In this document: in pieces, positions 47,761-62,401 of the stretch
How positions within the stretch are numbered: the stretch's first letter is position 1
Layout: each line of letters begins with the position of its first letter
Program-made: the position numbers and the translations under genes
Source: Octopus vulgaris
Lineage: Eukaryota
DNA: 64,000 nt
Assembly: GCA_951406725.2 (NCBI GenBank)
Contig: OX597823.1
Coordinates: 1,984,001 to 2,048,000 of the forward strand
Direction of reading: 5' to 3'
The notes under the pieces: model-generated
What the model saw: only the letters and a program-made list of their open reading frames with translations
Told to the model about the DNA's origin: nothing
Databases searched by the model: none

Positions 47761-50700
47761 GTAGATGAAAACGAATGCAAATTAGTAAACACTAAACTGA
47801 CCATTATATCTGTGTCCGACGGTTAAGAGAGAGAATGTCATAGTCAGGCGAGCGCTGTGTATTCAATGAATCACGCAACCCGGCGGCCAGTGCCATAGTA
47901 ACATGGACAAAAAATTCAGTGATGAATGATTCATTATAAATCGATGAACAAAATCCTGGAAGATAACGCACTTACCGAGGCACGTATTTGAATTGAGAAA
48001 AAGAGTTGGTTTTGCGGCTTAAGCACAGTTATTGAGAAGAGCCGTTGTTGTCAAGAAGCACCGGATGCGTGATTGCCTGTTGTGAGTTCAGTCGCCGATC
48101 GAAGACTGCATTCATCGCCCCACTCCCACCATCACCACCACCACCACCACGTTTGATTTTCGCTCCCAGTTGAGAAGCACTGCTTTGGGGTTTCGGAACA
48201 TGTAAATTCATTATTCAAATGAATAAAAATGCAGGATGGATAAGTGTCAGCTCATTACGGCTGTTTCTTACGTGACTTTTAATGAAGGAGAAACCTAAAT
48301 TAATTTTAAAAGACTGCAATCAACAGATGAGAAGGTAATTTTTACAGAACGAAGGAGTCTCCCAGGAATTGCAGCAGAGATGTGTCGAGGCCGAGCTATG
48401 GAAGGGAAATGACCAACGATGCCAACCGTTAAAATGTAGTTCTTGAAAGAGTGATATCTAAGGTCAGTGCCCCTGGGAGAGAAAGAGTCTGTTGGATTTA
48501 GAACAAGGGTGGATTTGAGTAGGGTTTTGAAGATAATTTATGGTAGAACAAGAATGGTGGTGATTAGGAGAGGTCATAAAAAAAACTATTAAGGATAAAA
48601 AGGAGATTAAAGATAAAAGATATTAAAGAGTGGATTCAGATTAGTATCGGAGTATAGGAATCCCTATCTAATGGTTAAAAGAAGCCTAGAAAACCTAGGA
48701 TTATACAGTGGTTAATGGTTGGGAAGATATGGTGGGGGACGGGTAGGGCGATCAAACTAAATGGAATTTAAAGTTATAGTAAAATAGAATGTCAGGTAAA
48801 GAGTTTAAATATTTACAATAAATATATTCAAAATTTTAAGGTTTAAATTTAAAGCCGGGAGTGGGGTTATATAATGAACTACGTTTATTATGGGCTTAGA
48901 GGAAGAAATATATTAGATCGGATACTAGGGGAAGTCAGCTATAGGGGAGCAGTCTAATGATAAACTATAGAATGTTAAAGGGGTGGCGGTGATATCAACT
49001 CCTTACGTTAAATTCTAGCGTATTATAACTTTAATTCCATATAGAAATAAAATGAATGAAAATTTATTGGTGAAAAAACGGTTGCATTACGCTTATGGAA
49101 TTAAAAGGTGTTAATAAAGGTACAAAAAAGTACGATAAAGAATCTCTCTCTGTCAGATGGACAGGTGACTGTTCTCTGGTGTAAGTGGTTGTATAAATCG
49201 TAAAATAGAGTCTAGAAGAAAGCGAAGTACCAAATTGTGTGCAATTGAAGTTGCATTCAAACTGTGTTGTAAAAAGAAAGTGGTGTTGAAGCTGTAATGC
49301 AAAAACTGCAATGTTGAAAAAAGAAACGTGGAGTTAGCGCAGTGCGTAGTAAACGTGTAAAGGTTAGAACCTGTAAAGATTGGTATATATATCATGGGGT
49401 CAGAGAACAGTTTAGAGGACAGCTTACAAAGGGGTTAAATGTTGATTAGAGAGAACAGGAAGACGTTTGAACATTTCCGGGGTTGATTAGGAGCATGTGG
49501 AGTATTATTTAGTCGGTAGTTTGAAGAATTGTACAAGGAACTTCCTTTGACGGAAACATGGGGAAGTAAATTCCGATTTGGAATTTCATAATCTGAGAGG
49601 TTCACTGAGGATGTTAGATTTTTCTCCTTAGCAGAATCGACACTTGTTACCGTTAATATGAACTGGAACATATCCTATATCAAACCATTTTATGTTATGG
49701 TTAATCTAATTTGTTTTTATCTTGTTTTTTAAGCTCCAAATGTATTTCGAAAGAGTTGTTGCATATTTTTTCCCTCGTGTTTCGAAACGTATGTAAGCTG
49801 AATATATCTGGGTTTAAATGTGTTGGCAGTGAGGACTTTGCAACACTTTGTATCGTCACTGATATTGTTGATTGAGACTTTAGCACAGCATGCGCTATTT
49901 CTATGTAATCATTTACCGTTTAGAAGTCATACATGAATACATCTATATATGCTTATGTATGTTTAAGAATACAAGTATGCTTATATACATTTATACTTAT
50001 CTATTTACACGTACTTGGCATATATTCAAATTCATAATCATGTTTTAGGTACGTAATATGTATACGTAAATATATGTACATCGTGTGTGTATATGTACGT
50101 ATGTATGCAGTTGTGTGAATATATGTATACGCACGCACATACATGTATATATTGTATATATTTATACACGTGTAAAAAATATATATATATTTATATATAT
50201 ATATTATGTATTAGTGTGTGTACAGGTTCACATGTAGGTATGTGTGTATGTAAAAATGTATATGCTTATATGTGAATGTGTGTGTATATATGCAGACGCA
50301 TATATGAGTGAGTGTGTGTATGTGAGCGTTGCTTACATGTAATACTTCTAACTTTATTGTACAAGCTTTATTTTAGAATTCCTCTCCCCAAACATATAGA
50401 TACCGCAAACCAGACCATCTGTTTTACAGACACCCGAATGCACATGCAGCAACGTGTGTGTGTGTGTGTGTAAATCCATGAACATGCATGAGTGTGAGCA
50501 CGTGTGTGTGTATGTATATACTGTATTTTTATAGAACAGCATTCTTATTTATCAGTAAGTATGCATATATCTTTAAATTTTCCTTCTTTCTTTATTGAGT
50601 GGTCCAACGGGCAGACCCTTTGGAAATTATGCATTATCCAGTGACATCGTAATTGTTTTTATAATTTGTTCCAGAGAAATATCATTATCACCAGTGTATA

Positions 50701-50839
50701 TAAATTTACGACCCATTAATTTGAAACCAGTTTAATAAGTGACAAAGAAACTCTTGGCCCTTCAGTCATTCTGTAACTCCTGCCTATTATTAATATAAAG
50801 ACGTGTGTGTATATGTATATATATGTGTGTATATATATG

Positions 50840-50914
<75 letters not shown>

Positions 50915-51620
50915 ATTTATTTGTATGTATGTATGTATATATGTACGTATGTATGAAGTAAAAGCAGCTCTAATGTAGAAAATATTGTTAAACACACATA
51001 TAACTAATGTATAATGCTTTGTGTATTTACCGGTGGCTGCTGCAATGGCATAGCGGAGTATATAACTCCCATATCGCCGGTGCTAAAACAGTTTAGAGAC
51101 AGGCGAGATAACTCATCCACAATTCTTTTTGGGAGTATATATATATTTATACTGTATATATTTATACTGTATATATTTATACTGTATATATATATCGTGG
51201 CACTCCGTCGGTTACGACGACGAGTGTTCCAGTTGATCCGATCAACGGAACACCCTGCTCGTGAAATTAACGTGCAAGTGGCTGAGAACTCCACAGACAC
51301 GTGTATCCTTAACGTAGCTCTCGGAGAGATTCAGCGTGACACAGAACAGGACAAGGCTGGCCCTTTGAAATACAGGTACAACAGAAACAGAAAGAAAGAG
51401 TAAGAGAAAGTTGTGGTGAAAGAATACAGCAGGTTTCGCCACCACCCCATACCGGAGCCTCGTAGTGCTTTTACTCAATAAACAGTCACAACGATCGGTC
51501 TGGGAATCGAAACCGCGATTGTACGACCGCGAGTCCGCTGCTCTAACCGCTGGGCTATGTGCCTCACATACATACATACATACATACATACATACATACA
51601 TACATACATACATACATACA

Positions 51621-51684
<64 letters not shown>

Positions 51685-51816
51685 GGTTTTCTCTCTCTCT
51701 GCTTATATCTGTGTTCCTTTCTGTCGAAGAGCGTAGGCTCGAAACGTAAAACACTTTCTCACATCCCGAGCGTTAAACAAATACATCTTCGTCTTTTGCT
51801 TTTTTGTAAATTTTCA

Positions 51817-51877
<61 letters not shown>

Positions 51878-52233
51878 TATAATTAAGACGGCAAGTTGAT
51901 AGAATCTTTTCACTGGCCGGGCAAAATCTTTGGCGGCGTTTCGTCCGTCCTTACGTTCTGAGTTCAATTTCCGCCGAGGTTGACTTTGCCTTACATCTTT
52001 TCGGTAGTCGATGAAATAAGTACCAGTTACTCCCTGGGATCGATGTAATCGACTATCCCCCTCACCAGAAATTTTAGACCTTGTGCCTCTAGTAGAAAAA
52101 GATTATTATTATTGTCATTATTTAAAACAGCTTTATTGGGCTCCATGCGACTTAGTTTCACGGGCCTCTGACAGAAACCCGTCTCTTTTAGGCTTAGATT
52201 ACCGACTCTTTCGTTTGTCCACTCACTCGTGTG

Positions 52234-52305
<72 letters not shown>

Positions 52306-52559
52306 CAAACAGACAGACGCGCGCGTGCACACACACACATCTATACAAACAACCACCAAGATTCACAGTAATATACAATGGCAGAATAACGCTTTGTTTT
52401 GTTAAAAAAACAAAATAAATAATAACAATAAAAACAAAGAAAATTCTCAAGTTTCCAGTTTCCCTATTGATAAACCGGCAATCGTTAATCCGGAACAACT
52501 TGTAATGATGTCAATCGAATTCATTATCCGACCTCCCCCATATTTTGTCATTATACATG

Positions 52560-55467
52560 AGTGCGTATGTATGTATGTATGTATGTATGTATGTATGTAT
52601 GTATGTATGTATGTATGTATGTATGTATGTATGTGTGTATGTATGTATGTATGTGTGTATGTATGTATGTATGTATGTATGTATGTATGTATGTATGTAT
52701 GTGTGTGTATGTATGTATGTATGTGTGTGTATGCATGCATGTATGTATGTATGTATGTATGTATGTATGTATGTATGTATGTATGTGTGTATGTATGTAT
52801 GTATGTATGTTTGTATGTATGTATGTATGTTTGTATGTATGTATGTATGTTTGTATGTATGTATGTATGTATGTATGTATGTATGTATGTGTGTGTATGT
52901 ATGTATGTATGTGTGTGTATGCATGCATGTATGTATGTATGTATGTATGTATGTATGTATGTATGTATGTGTGTATGTATGTATGTATGTATGTATGTAT
53001 GTATGTATGTATGTATGTATGTATGTATGTATGTATGTATGTATGTATGTATGTATGTATGTATGTATGTATGTATGTATGTATGTATGTGTGTATGTAT
53101 GTATGTATGTATGTATGTATGTATGTGTGTATGTATGTATGTATGTATGTATGTATGTATGTATGTATGTATGTATGTGTGTGTATGTATGTATGTATGT
53201 GTGTGTATGCATGCATGTATGTATGTATGTATGTATGTATGTATGTATGTATGTATGTGTGTATGTATGTATGTATGTATGTATGTTTGTATGTATGTAT
53301 GCATGTTTGTATGTATGTATGTATGTTTGTATGTATGTATGTATGTATGTATGTATGTATGTATGTATGTATGTATGTATGTATGTATGTATGTATGTGT
53401 GTGTATGTATGTATGTATGTGTGTGTATGCATGCATGTATGTATGTATGTATGTATGTATGTATGTATGTATGTATGTATGTATGTATGTATGTATGTAT
53501 GTATGTATGTATGTATGTATGTATGTATGTATGTTTGTATGTTTGTATGTATGTGTGTATGTATGTATGTATGTATGTATGTATGTATGTATGTGTGTGT
53601 GTATGCATGCATGTATGTATGTATGTGTATGTATGTATGTATGTATGTATGTGTGTGTATGTATGTATGTATGTATGTGTGTATGTATGTATGTATGTGT
53701 GTATGTATGTGTGTGTATGCATGTATTTCTGTATCTATGTGTGTATGTATGTATGTATGTATGTATGTATGTATGTATGTATGTATGTATGTATGTATGT
53801 ATGTATGTATGTATGTATGTATGTATGTATGTATGTATGTATGTATGTATGTATGTATGTATGTATGTATGTATGTATGTATGTGTGTGTGTATGTATGT
53901 ATGTATGTATGTGTGTATGTATGTATGTATGTATGTATGTATGTATGTATGTATGTATGTATGTATGTATGTATGTGTGTGTATGTATGTATGTATGTGT
54001 GTGTATGCATGCATGTATGTATGTATGTATGTATGTATGTATGTATGTATGTGTGTATGTATGTATGTATGTATGTATGTTTGTATGTATGTATGTATGT
54101 TTGTATGTATGTATGTATGGTATGTATGTATGTATGTATGTATGTATGTATGTATGTATGTATGTATGTATGTATGTATGTGTGTGTATGTATGTATGTA
54201 TGTGTGTGTATGCATGCATGTATGTATGTATGTATGTATGTATGTATGTATGTATGTATGTGTGTATGTATGTATGTATGTATGTATGTATGTATGTATG
54301 TATGTATGTATGTATGTATGTATGTATGTATGTATGTATGTATGTATGTATGTTTGTATGTATGTATGTATGTATGTATGTGTGTATGTATGTATGTATG
54401 TATGTATGTATGTATGTATGTATGTGTATGTATGTATGTATGTATGTATGTATGTATGTATGTATGTATGTATGTGTGTGTATGTATGTATGTATGTGTG
54501 TGTATGCATGCATGTATGTATGTATGTATGTATGTATGTATGTATGTATGTATGTATGTATGTATGTATGTATGTATGTATGTTTGTATGTATGTATGTA
54601 TGTTTGTATGTATGTATGTATGTATGTATGTATGTATGTATGTATGTATGTATGTATGTTTGTATGTATGTGTGTATGTATGTGTGTATGTATGTATGTA
54701 TGTGTGTGTATGCATGCATGTATGTATGTATGTATGTATGTATGTATGTATGTATGTATGTATGTATGTATGTATGTATGTATGTATGTATGTATGTTTG
54801 TATGTTTGTATGTATGTGTGTATGTATGTATGTATGTATGTATGTATGTATGTATGTATGTGTGTGTGTATGCATGCATGTATGTATGTATGTGTGTATG
54901 TATGTATGTATGTATGTGTGTATGTATGTATGTATGTATGTGTGTATGTATGTATGTATGTATGTGTGTATGTATGTGTGTGTATGCATGTATTTCTGTA
55001 TCTATGTGTGTATGTATGTATGTATGTATGTATGTATGTATGTATGTATGTATGTATGTATGTATGTATGTATGTGTGTATGTATGTATGTATGTATGTA
55101 TGTATGTATGTATGTATGTATGTATGTATGTATGTGTGTGTGTATGTATGTATGTATGTATGTATGTATGTGTGTGTGTATGTATGTATGTATGTATGTA
55201 TGTGTGTGTGTATGTATGTATGTGCGTATGTATGCATGTATGTATGTATGTATGTATGTATGTATGTATGTATGTATGTATGTGTGTGTATATGTATGTA
55301 TGTATGTGTGTATGCATGTATGTATGTATGCATGTATGTATGTATGTATGTATGTATGTATGTGTGTATGTATGTATGTGCGTATGTATGCATGTATGTA
55401 TGTATGTATGTATGTATGTATTTATCTATGTATATATGTATGTATGTATGCGTGTATGTATGTATGT
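52560..55467. repeat. About 2.9-kb (TATG)n satellite with about 1.27-kb higher-order duplication
   Basis: Unique variant ATTTCTGTATCT at 53725 and 54992; GCATGCATG markers recur in the same order. Confidence 0.95.
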
Positions 55468-55667
55468 AGAGTATTCATGTGTGTATGTTTGTCAGTATGC
55501 CCCCCTGTAGCCCCCCGGCCCACGCGAACCCAGCTAATAGACCGTTGAACAAACTTATTAGCAACATCCGCTGTTGACACATTGCAACGCTGAAAAGCCG
55601 TTTGCTGACAACGAAAGGACGCCGTTGGTTGTTAGCCAAACCGGCGTTCAATGACTGCCTGCCACTG

Positions 55668-55747
<80 letters not shown>

Positions 55748-56097
55748 CTCTCTCTTTCGGTAACTCTGTGTATAAGGATGAAAAAATAGGAAAGAGAGCG
55801 AAGGTGGGGGTAGTTCCATCAACGCAAACGATCTATTCTGGGGTCTCATTGTATAAGAGAAAAACGTCTCTACAATAGCTTTCATTATACACACATACAC
55901 ACATACACACATACATACATACATACATACATACATACATAAATACATACACACATACATCATACATACATACATACATACATACATACATACATGCATA
56001 CATGCATACATACATACATACACATACATACATACATACATACATATATACATACATACATACATACATACATACATACATACATACATACATACGT

Positions 56098-56417
56098 ACA
56101 TAAAATCCGTCGGAAGGATAATCCCGAAGACAAAAAAATAACGACCCACAATATGGTAGAAGCCATAGCCACTCATAATAAAAAGGAATACTGGTGGAAT
56201 GTCCCAGTGAAGACCTCGATAAATGTAAGCGCAACAGACCTGATATAACGATTTAGGATGGAAACGAAAAACTGTGCACAGTTGTGGAAATTAGCTGCCT
56301 GGTGGATGTTGATATAAAGCTGAAGATTAGTGAAAAAGAGGACACCTATGCTGAACTACTGAGAAGTCAGCAGTTACTCTATCCAGATTACAAGTTCAAG
56401 TTTATACCTGTAATAAT
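56098..56417 (+). mobile_element. RLE-type (R4/Dong-like) non-LTR retrotransposon endonuclease fragment
   Basis: EYWWNVPVKT...NRPDIT...VVEISCLVDVDIKLKISEKEDTYAELL...FIPVII fits the PD-(D/E)xK RLE pattern. Confidence 0.7.
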
Positions 56418-58635
56418 AATAATAATAATAATAATGAAATTATTGTATATAGTGCTTAGGTGCACCACAACTTGTCAGAAAGTGCGTATGGAGTATATGC
56501 AGTAATGTACAAATGTCTGGAAAGCGAACAATGTATGAGTCAGATACATGCTTGCGTGTGTATGGAGGGGAGAAAATCAGGTGTAGTGTTGGCGAATCTC
56601 AGAAAGCATGGAAGTTTTGAAGGATGCAGTGCTCCGACAACTAACAACTGATGCCGGCAGTTTGTTCCATGCTTCAGCAACTCTTAGCATGAAAAAATGT
56701 TTCCGAAAGTCACGGAAGGAGCTGTGCTGTTTTCTGACTTTGTAAAGATATCCATGGGTGTTAGACAGGTGGAGTTTGAAAAGGTGCTCAGAGTTATTGT
56801 TTGTGCGATGGTTGATAATTTTATGGGTGTCTGCCAAGTCAGCTGCCAGACATCGGAGTTTCAATGTGTCCATGCCCAGGGAAGTAAGGCGTTCAGAATA
56901 TGGCAAATGCCTGATGGAGGGTATTCTTTTGGTTGCACGTCGCTGAACGGCTTCCAGACGATTAATATCCTGGGCAAGATAGGGATTCCAGACCGGTGAT
57001 GCAAATTCCAGGTGAGGTCTTACTATAGCTATATAAAGCCGCAGATAGATAGCCGGAGAGCATCTCACAAAAGACTTGGTGAGTGATGCCAAGACACCCT
57101 CAGCCTTCTTGGCAATTTTAGCGATGTGTTTTGTCCAACGCAAATCGCTGTCGACAATAACACCCAGGTCACGTTCACACGAAGACTTTTTGAGATTAGT
57201 GTTGTGGAGGGAGTAAATCGACGCTGGGTTTCTCCTCCCAAAATGCATGGTGGTACATTTGTCCACAGCCAGCTTGAGTTGCCAGTCCATGATCCACTGC
57301 TGCATTGTGTCCAGGTCTGCTTGCAATGGAGATCTATAGTGTACAGGATCTGACCTCTTTATTTCGAGGTACAGCTTGATGTCATCTGCATATTTCAGCA
57401 CTGTGGCATTCTTTAAGTTGGCATCTATGTCATTAACATATGCAACAAATAAAAGGGGGCCAAGAACAGATCCCTGTGGTACATCAGATGTCATCTCATA
57501 GCGTAAAGAGTACTGTCCTAGAACTGTGACAATCTCTTTTCGGCCAAAAATAAAGGACTTCAACCAGTTATGGAGTTCGTCTCTTACGTCCAATGCAGAG
57601 AGTTTCACCATAAGTCTTTTGTGTGGCACAGAGTTAAAAGCCTTAGCAAAGTCCAGGTAAACAACATCCACCCAGGATCAGTGATTCGGGTAATGTCCTC
57701 AAGAAACTCGATGAGTTGATTACAGCAGCTGGAGTTAAGAATAAATCCAAATTGTGACGACTGGATGAGGCAGTGAGACTTCCAGAAGTTCCAGAAGGTT
57801 TCCCTGATACAGGATTCCATCAGTTTGGCGATGCAGCTAGTAAGATTGATGGGGCGATAGTTGACAGGCGATGTGCGGTCACCTTTTTTGAACAGAGGGA
57901 TAACACTGGCAGTTTTCCACTGCTCTGGCGTAACACCATTGTCAAGACAGAATTGGAAGAATAGAGAAAGTTGGCTTAGAAGAAAGTAACCACCGCGTTT
58001 GAGAAGTAGGTATGTAATACCATCGAGACCAGGAGAGGCATAGTTACATTTATTCTTAAGGTGGCGTTGTAGCATTGCTGGTGTAAATTGTATAGTAGAT
58101 ATAGAGTCCGGTGTCAGTGGTGATGAAGGTGGAACATTTTGGTCTTCGACAGTAAAGATGCCTGCATAGCATCCAGCAATGATTTCTGCACATTCTTTGG
58201 GATTGCCAGTAATCTGTCCTGTGTGGGGATTGCGAAGGGGACCAACTGGAGATTGAGGTCCCTGCTTTGAGTGCACATACTTCCAGAACACTTTGCTGTC
58301 AGGGTTGGTTGCAATGCGTTGTTCAAATTCAAGCACTGCCTTTTTTGTCACCTGCTTGAGGTGGTTGGCTGATCTATTGCGCTTTTTCCTGTTGATCTCT
58401 GATTTGTGCAATTTGTATTCCTGTTCAGCATTACGGTATCCTTTGCTCGGACTGCTGCAGTCTCCCAAATTGCACTATTGGGTGGTTTTTTGTGCTTGCG
58501 TGGTACTGATGCTGCACATGCCGCCCATATTGAATTCAGAATGTTCTGGAGTATAGTGTTCACATCTCCAGAGGCATAAAATTCATTGGGGCTATGGGAT
58601 ATGTAGCACACTGCCTAAATGCCAGTCTTGAGAAA
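56411..58635 (-). mobile_element. CR1-clade LINE, 5'-truncated, near-intact RT, 3'UTR and (ATT)n tail
   Basis: SPGLDGI, PLFKKGD..NYRPINLTS, QFGF, VYLDFAKAFNSVPH, VPQGSVLGPLLF, YADDIK, ERDLGV, VRPHLEFASPVW; a frameshift near 57670. Confidence 0.95.
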
Positions 58636-58702
58636 TGTATACATACATACATACATACATACATACATACATACATACATACATACATACATACATACAT
58701 AC

Positions 58703-59330
58703 ACAAGCAGCTATTGTATGGTGACTGGAATATAGCAGGAGACCAGCGCATAAGCCTAAACTAAGGTTTAAGGATTGCCTTAAAAATGCTCTAATACAGA
58801 CAGGAACTACAGCTGGTAATTGGGAGAGGGAGGCACAAGATCATGATGGATGGAGGAAGAGAGGGCATGATGGTTGTTTAAGGTTTGAGAGGGAGAGAGT
58901 GAATTATGAGAGTTAGGAGGGGGCTTAGAAGGGGAGGGGCCTGTGGAAAGTGAGAGAGTGTTGCTTTTTATGTGTGTGGTTTGTGGAAGGAAGTGTTTGA
59001 GTCGTGCAGGCCTGGTGAGCCATCAAAATTCTCAGAAAAATCGACCCCTGATAAACAATGATGTCGCTATTAAAATTCATAACAGAACGTGTGCAAAATG
59101 TGGAAGGGTTTACCTCTCAGTTGGAGGCCTAAAAAGACATGTGAAGAGAGTGCATATGGTGGCACCTGTTTCTCCTGCCAGCCAGAACAGTTGTCCAGTA
59201 TGTAATAAAATGTGTAAAACCTTGGCTGGGTTTAAAAGTCATATAAGGGCATCACATGGCAACAATCATGAATCATTTCAGTAAGTCTTCTTGGCAATGG
59301 CTTTTCTTGTGTAACGAGGATGCAGCTGTT
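58703..59330 (+). mobile_element. RTE-like LINE 3' end with three C2H2-like zinc fingers
   Basis: KQLLYG...RRPAHKPKLRFKDCLK...WEREAQDHDGWR (RTE C-terminus) followed by three CxxC...H fingers, stop at 59284, short UTR, (TA)n. Confidence 0.75.
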
Positions 59331-59354
59331 ATATATATATATATATATATATAT

Positions 59355-59453
<99 letters not shown>

Positions 59454-59531
59454 CATATATATATATATGTATGATATATATATATATATATATACATATA
59501 TATATAGATATATATACATACATACATATAT

Positions 59532-59593
<62 letters not shown>

Positions 59594-59595
59594 CA

Positions 59596-59630
<35 letters not shown>

Positions 59631-59685
59631 GTATATATATACATACATACATATATATATGTGTGTGTGTGTATATATATGTATA

Positions 59686-59750
<65 letters not shown>

Positions 59751-59800
59751 GTATATGTTTGTTTGTATGTATGCATATGTATATATATATATATATATAT
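59330..59800. repeat. (TA)n compound microsatellite
   Basis: Read directly from the sequence. Confidence 0.95.
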
Positions 59801-60078
59801 GGAAAATTTGGTCTCTGTGGTTGTGTTAGTCCTCAATCTTGGAGGAATTCGCTATCAAACGCTGCCGAGAAATTTGTAAAGCGGAAACCACAGTGGAAGA
59901 ATAGAAATAAACCTATATGTGTGTGGTCGTATGTATGTAAGTATGTATGAATACTAAAGTGTTATCTATCTTATGAGAGACGGCTAACTTTGGAAATTGA
60001 TGTGACCTCCATGGGTTATATCAGGAAACTTGACATATGTTAAAGGTACGCGTGTCTATGCCGTGCTCTCCCACATAC

Positions 60079-60153
<75 letters not shown>

Positions 60154-62270
60154 TATATATATACATATATATATATTGTTGTATTTCGGGACGGTCACTT
60201 TTTTTGCCAAATAAACACAAGCCCTGTATATTTGTTCTTCACTTCATCATTATAATTATTCTTATCTAAGTGTTCTTTGTCAGAAATCTTTTGCTACACA
60301 TCCAATGACCTCAACAACAACAACCAAGAAGCAAGCGAGCAAGCAACTGAAACGGGAGCTCCAAGCCTGAAGAGTGACTGTTAAAAATTAACTGAATAGA
60401 AACTTAATTAAAATCGTAACCTGATGAAGGCAGCTTTTATTTTAGCACACGATTACAAGGAAAGAAGACCGGGAACAATATTTATTGGCCTCGGAATCAC
60501 GTATAACGACTGCTGAAGTGTAAGATCGATTATGGAATGGCTGAGTTTGGTAGTGGCCAGTGACGAAAAGTCAAAGGTCACAACAGACCATAGTTTTCGA
60601 ATGTCATAAGCTTCTTTTTTTTGTTTTTTTTTCATTGCCAGTGCATCAGATTAAATGTAAATACACCATTAGAAGGCATGGTACAGTGGAATTGTGTGAG
60701 ATAAAATCTCTTCAGAGTCTTGGAGTCAAAAAACACGCTGTATAGCGGAGCGAAATGAACATCGTTGTTGAAGCAGTGAATCGGGAGAACCTCCGTCACG
60801 TTTTGCCCGTCTTGAGATTTATCAACACCGTGCATTTGATTGTTACCTGCTTAAACGAAAATTGTGCCTCGATAATTAGAACATTGCTTAAAACATTCAC
60901 CTGTATTGTAGAAGCTTTTCGAGCTGTTGGAAAAAAAATTCGGCGAACGCAACTGAAACGGCATCGCCATTTGTATATCATCCTCAATGAGTCCACATCT
61001 TTCGAAGGCAGGATGCTGTGGAACTAGCTTTTTTTTTTTTTTTTACCGTTGCAGAGTCTCCGGTTATCTTGGACTCCACCTTATTTTCTTAAGCGATAAA
61101 TACTTTATTTATCAATGAACGAGACTCAGAGTCAGGGAATTAAACCAACATCTTTTAAGCAATATTCTCATAGGATTGCAGCGCCATCTTCGTCTTCTGT
61201 TCTAATTCCATCCACTTGATTGGGGCTTCACTCGACCGACCTTAGTCTCTTGGTTGACCTCAGTGGTATTAGAACTCATAACGTGCAGGATAGTAACTCA
61301 ACAAGCGCATGCCCGGCCTCCTTAACCATTCTGCCAATCCGCCAACCATCTTTTCTCTTTATATCCTTTACTCGTTTCAATCATTATACTTCGGCCAAGC
61401 TGGGGCACTGCGTGAAAGGTTTTTAAGTTGGACGAATCGATCGCAGGACTTACTTTTTAAAGCTTGGTACACAATCAATAGGCTTCTTTTGCCGAATCGC
61501 TAAATCACGGAGACGTAAACACGCCAACACCGGTTGCCATGCGGTGGTGGGTAACGAACACACACACATACACACATACACACACACACACACAAACATG
61601 TATATCCAGTAGACTTCTGATCAAAGATATTCCACCCATGACCATCTAGAACAAGATCACATGAACCTGTCCATAGTTGTTTTTAGGCAGAAGGATGTAA
61701 TTTGATGGAAATGGGGTTGCTATTTCTAGCAGGGGGTGAGATCATATTGAGCATCCCTCATTGTCTCGTCATTTTTTTATTAGTTTCAAAACGGTGGGCG
61801 GGAGGTGGGGGTGGGGGGTTGAAATAATGTTTAGCCTTAAAAAGATGGATTTAAACATAAAAACCGATGTTAAAACAAGAAAAATGTAAAATGTAAAATA
61901 ATTTTTAAAACGACTGATATTCATAAACTTATCACTGAGATAATATCGATTATCGATTAAGATGATTAAAATTTGAAATTCTTGTCAGCATGAATTGAAA
62001 GGTGACGGTCTCTGGATCTTTGTTTCACAGGAAAATAAAGTACGAAAATAAACAAAAGAACAAAAGCAGCAAAAAACTGAAACAATTTAAATAAAAGGGG
62101 ATGGGGTACGTTTAATACCAATTAAATTTTGGTATCGATTAATCAAAAAGCATGAAAATCGAAAGGTATTTCTACATTAGAAGAAAAATTTTCACCTAGG
62201 AGGAGGGGGAGGAGGAGGAAACAGTAAGATTATAGAGGGGCATAAAGCAAATGTAGGATAAAGGGGTGCT

Positions 62271-62312
<42 letters not shown>

Positions 62313-62341
62313 ACTTTCTTTTAGGGAACACACACACAGCG

Positions 62342-62401
<60 letters not shown>

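Noticed and set aside
52447-55548. Six-frame ORFs of 400-1000 aa (MYVC/HTYI repeats), and similar ones at 38.4-39.8, 43.3-44.7 and 59.2-59.9 kb
   Set aside because: Stop-free translations of microsatellites.
58943-59284. Host C2H2 zinc-finger gene
   Set aside because: Contiguous with LINE C-terminal motifs, no TGEKP linkers and no clear splice sites.
60415-60580. CTGATGA hammerhead candidate
   Set aside because: No matching stem II or GAAA found.
60740-61020. Possible decayed mariner fragment on the - strand
   Set aside because: Only a short SLRMIYKWRCRF resemblance; too weak to call.
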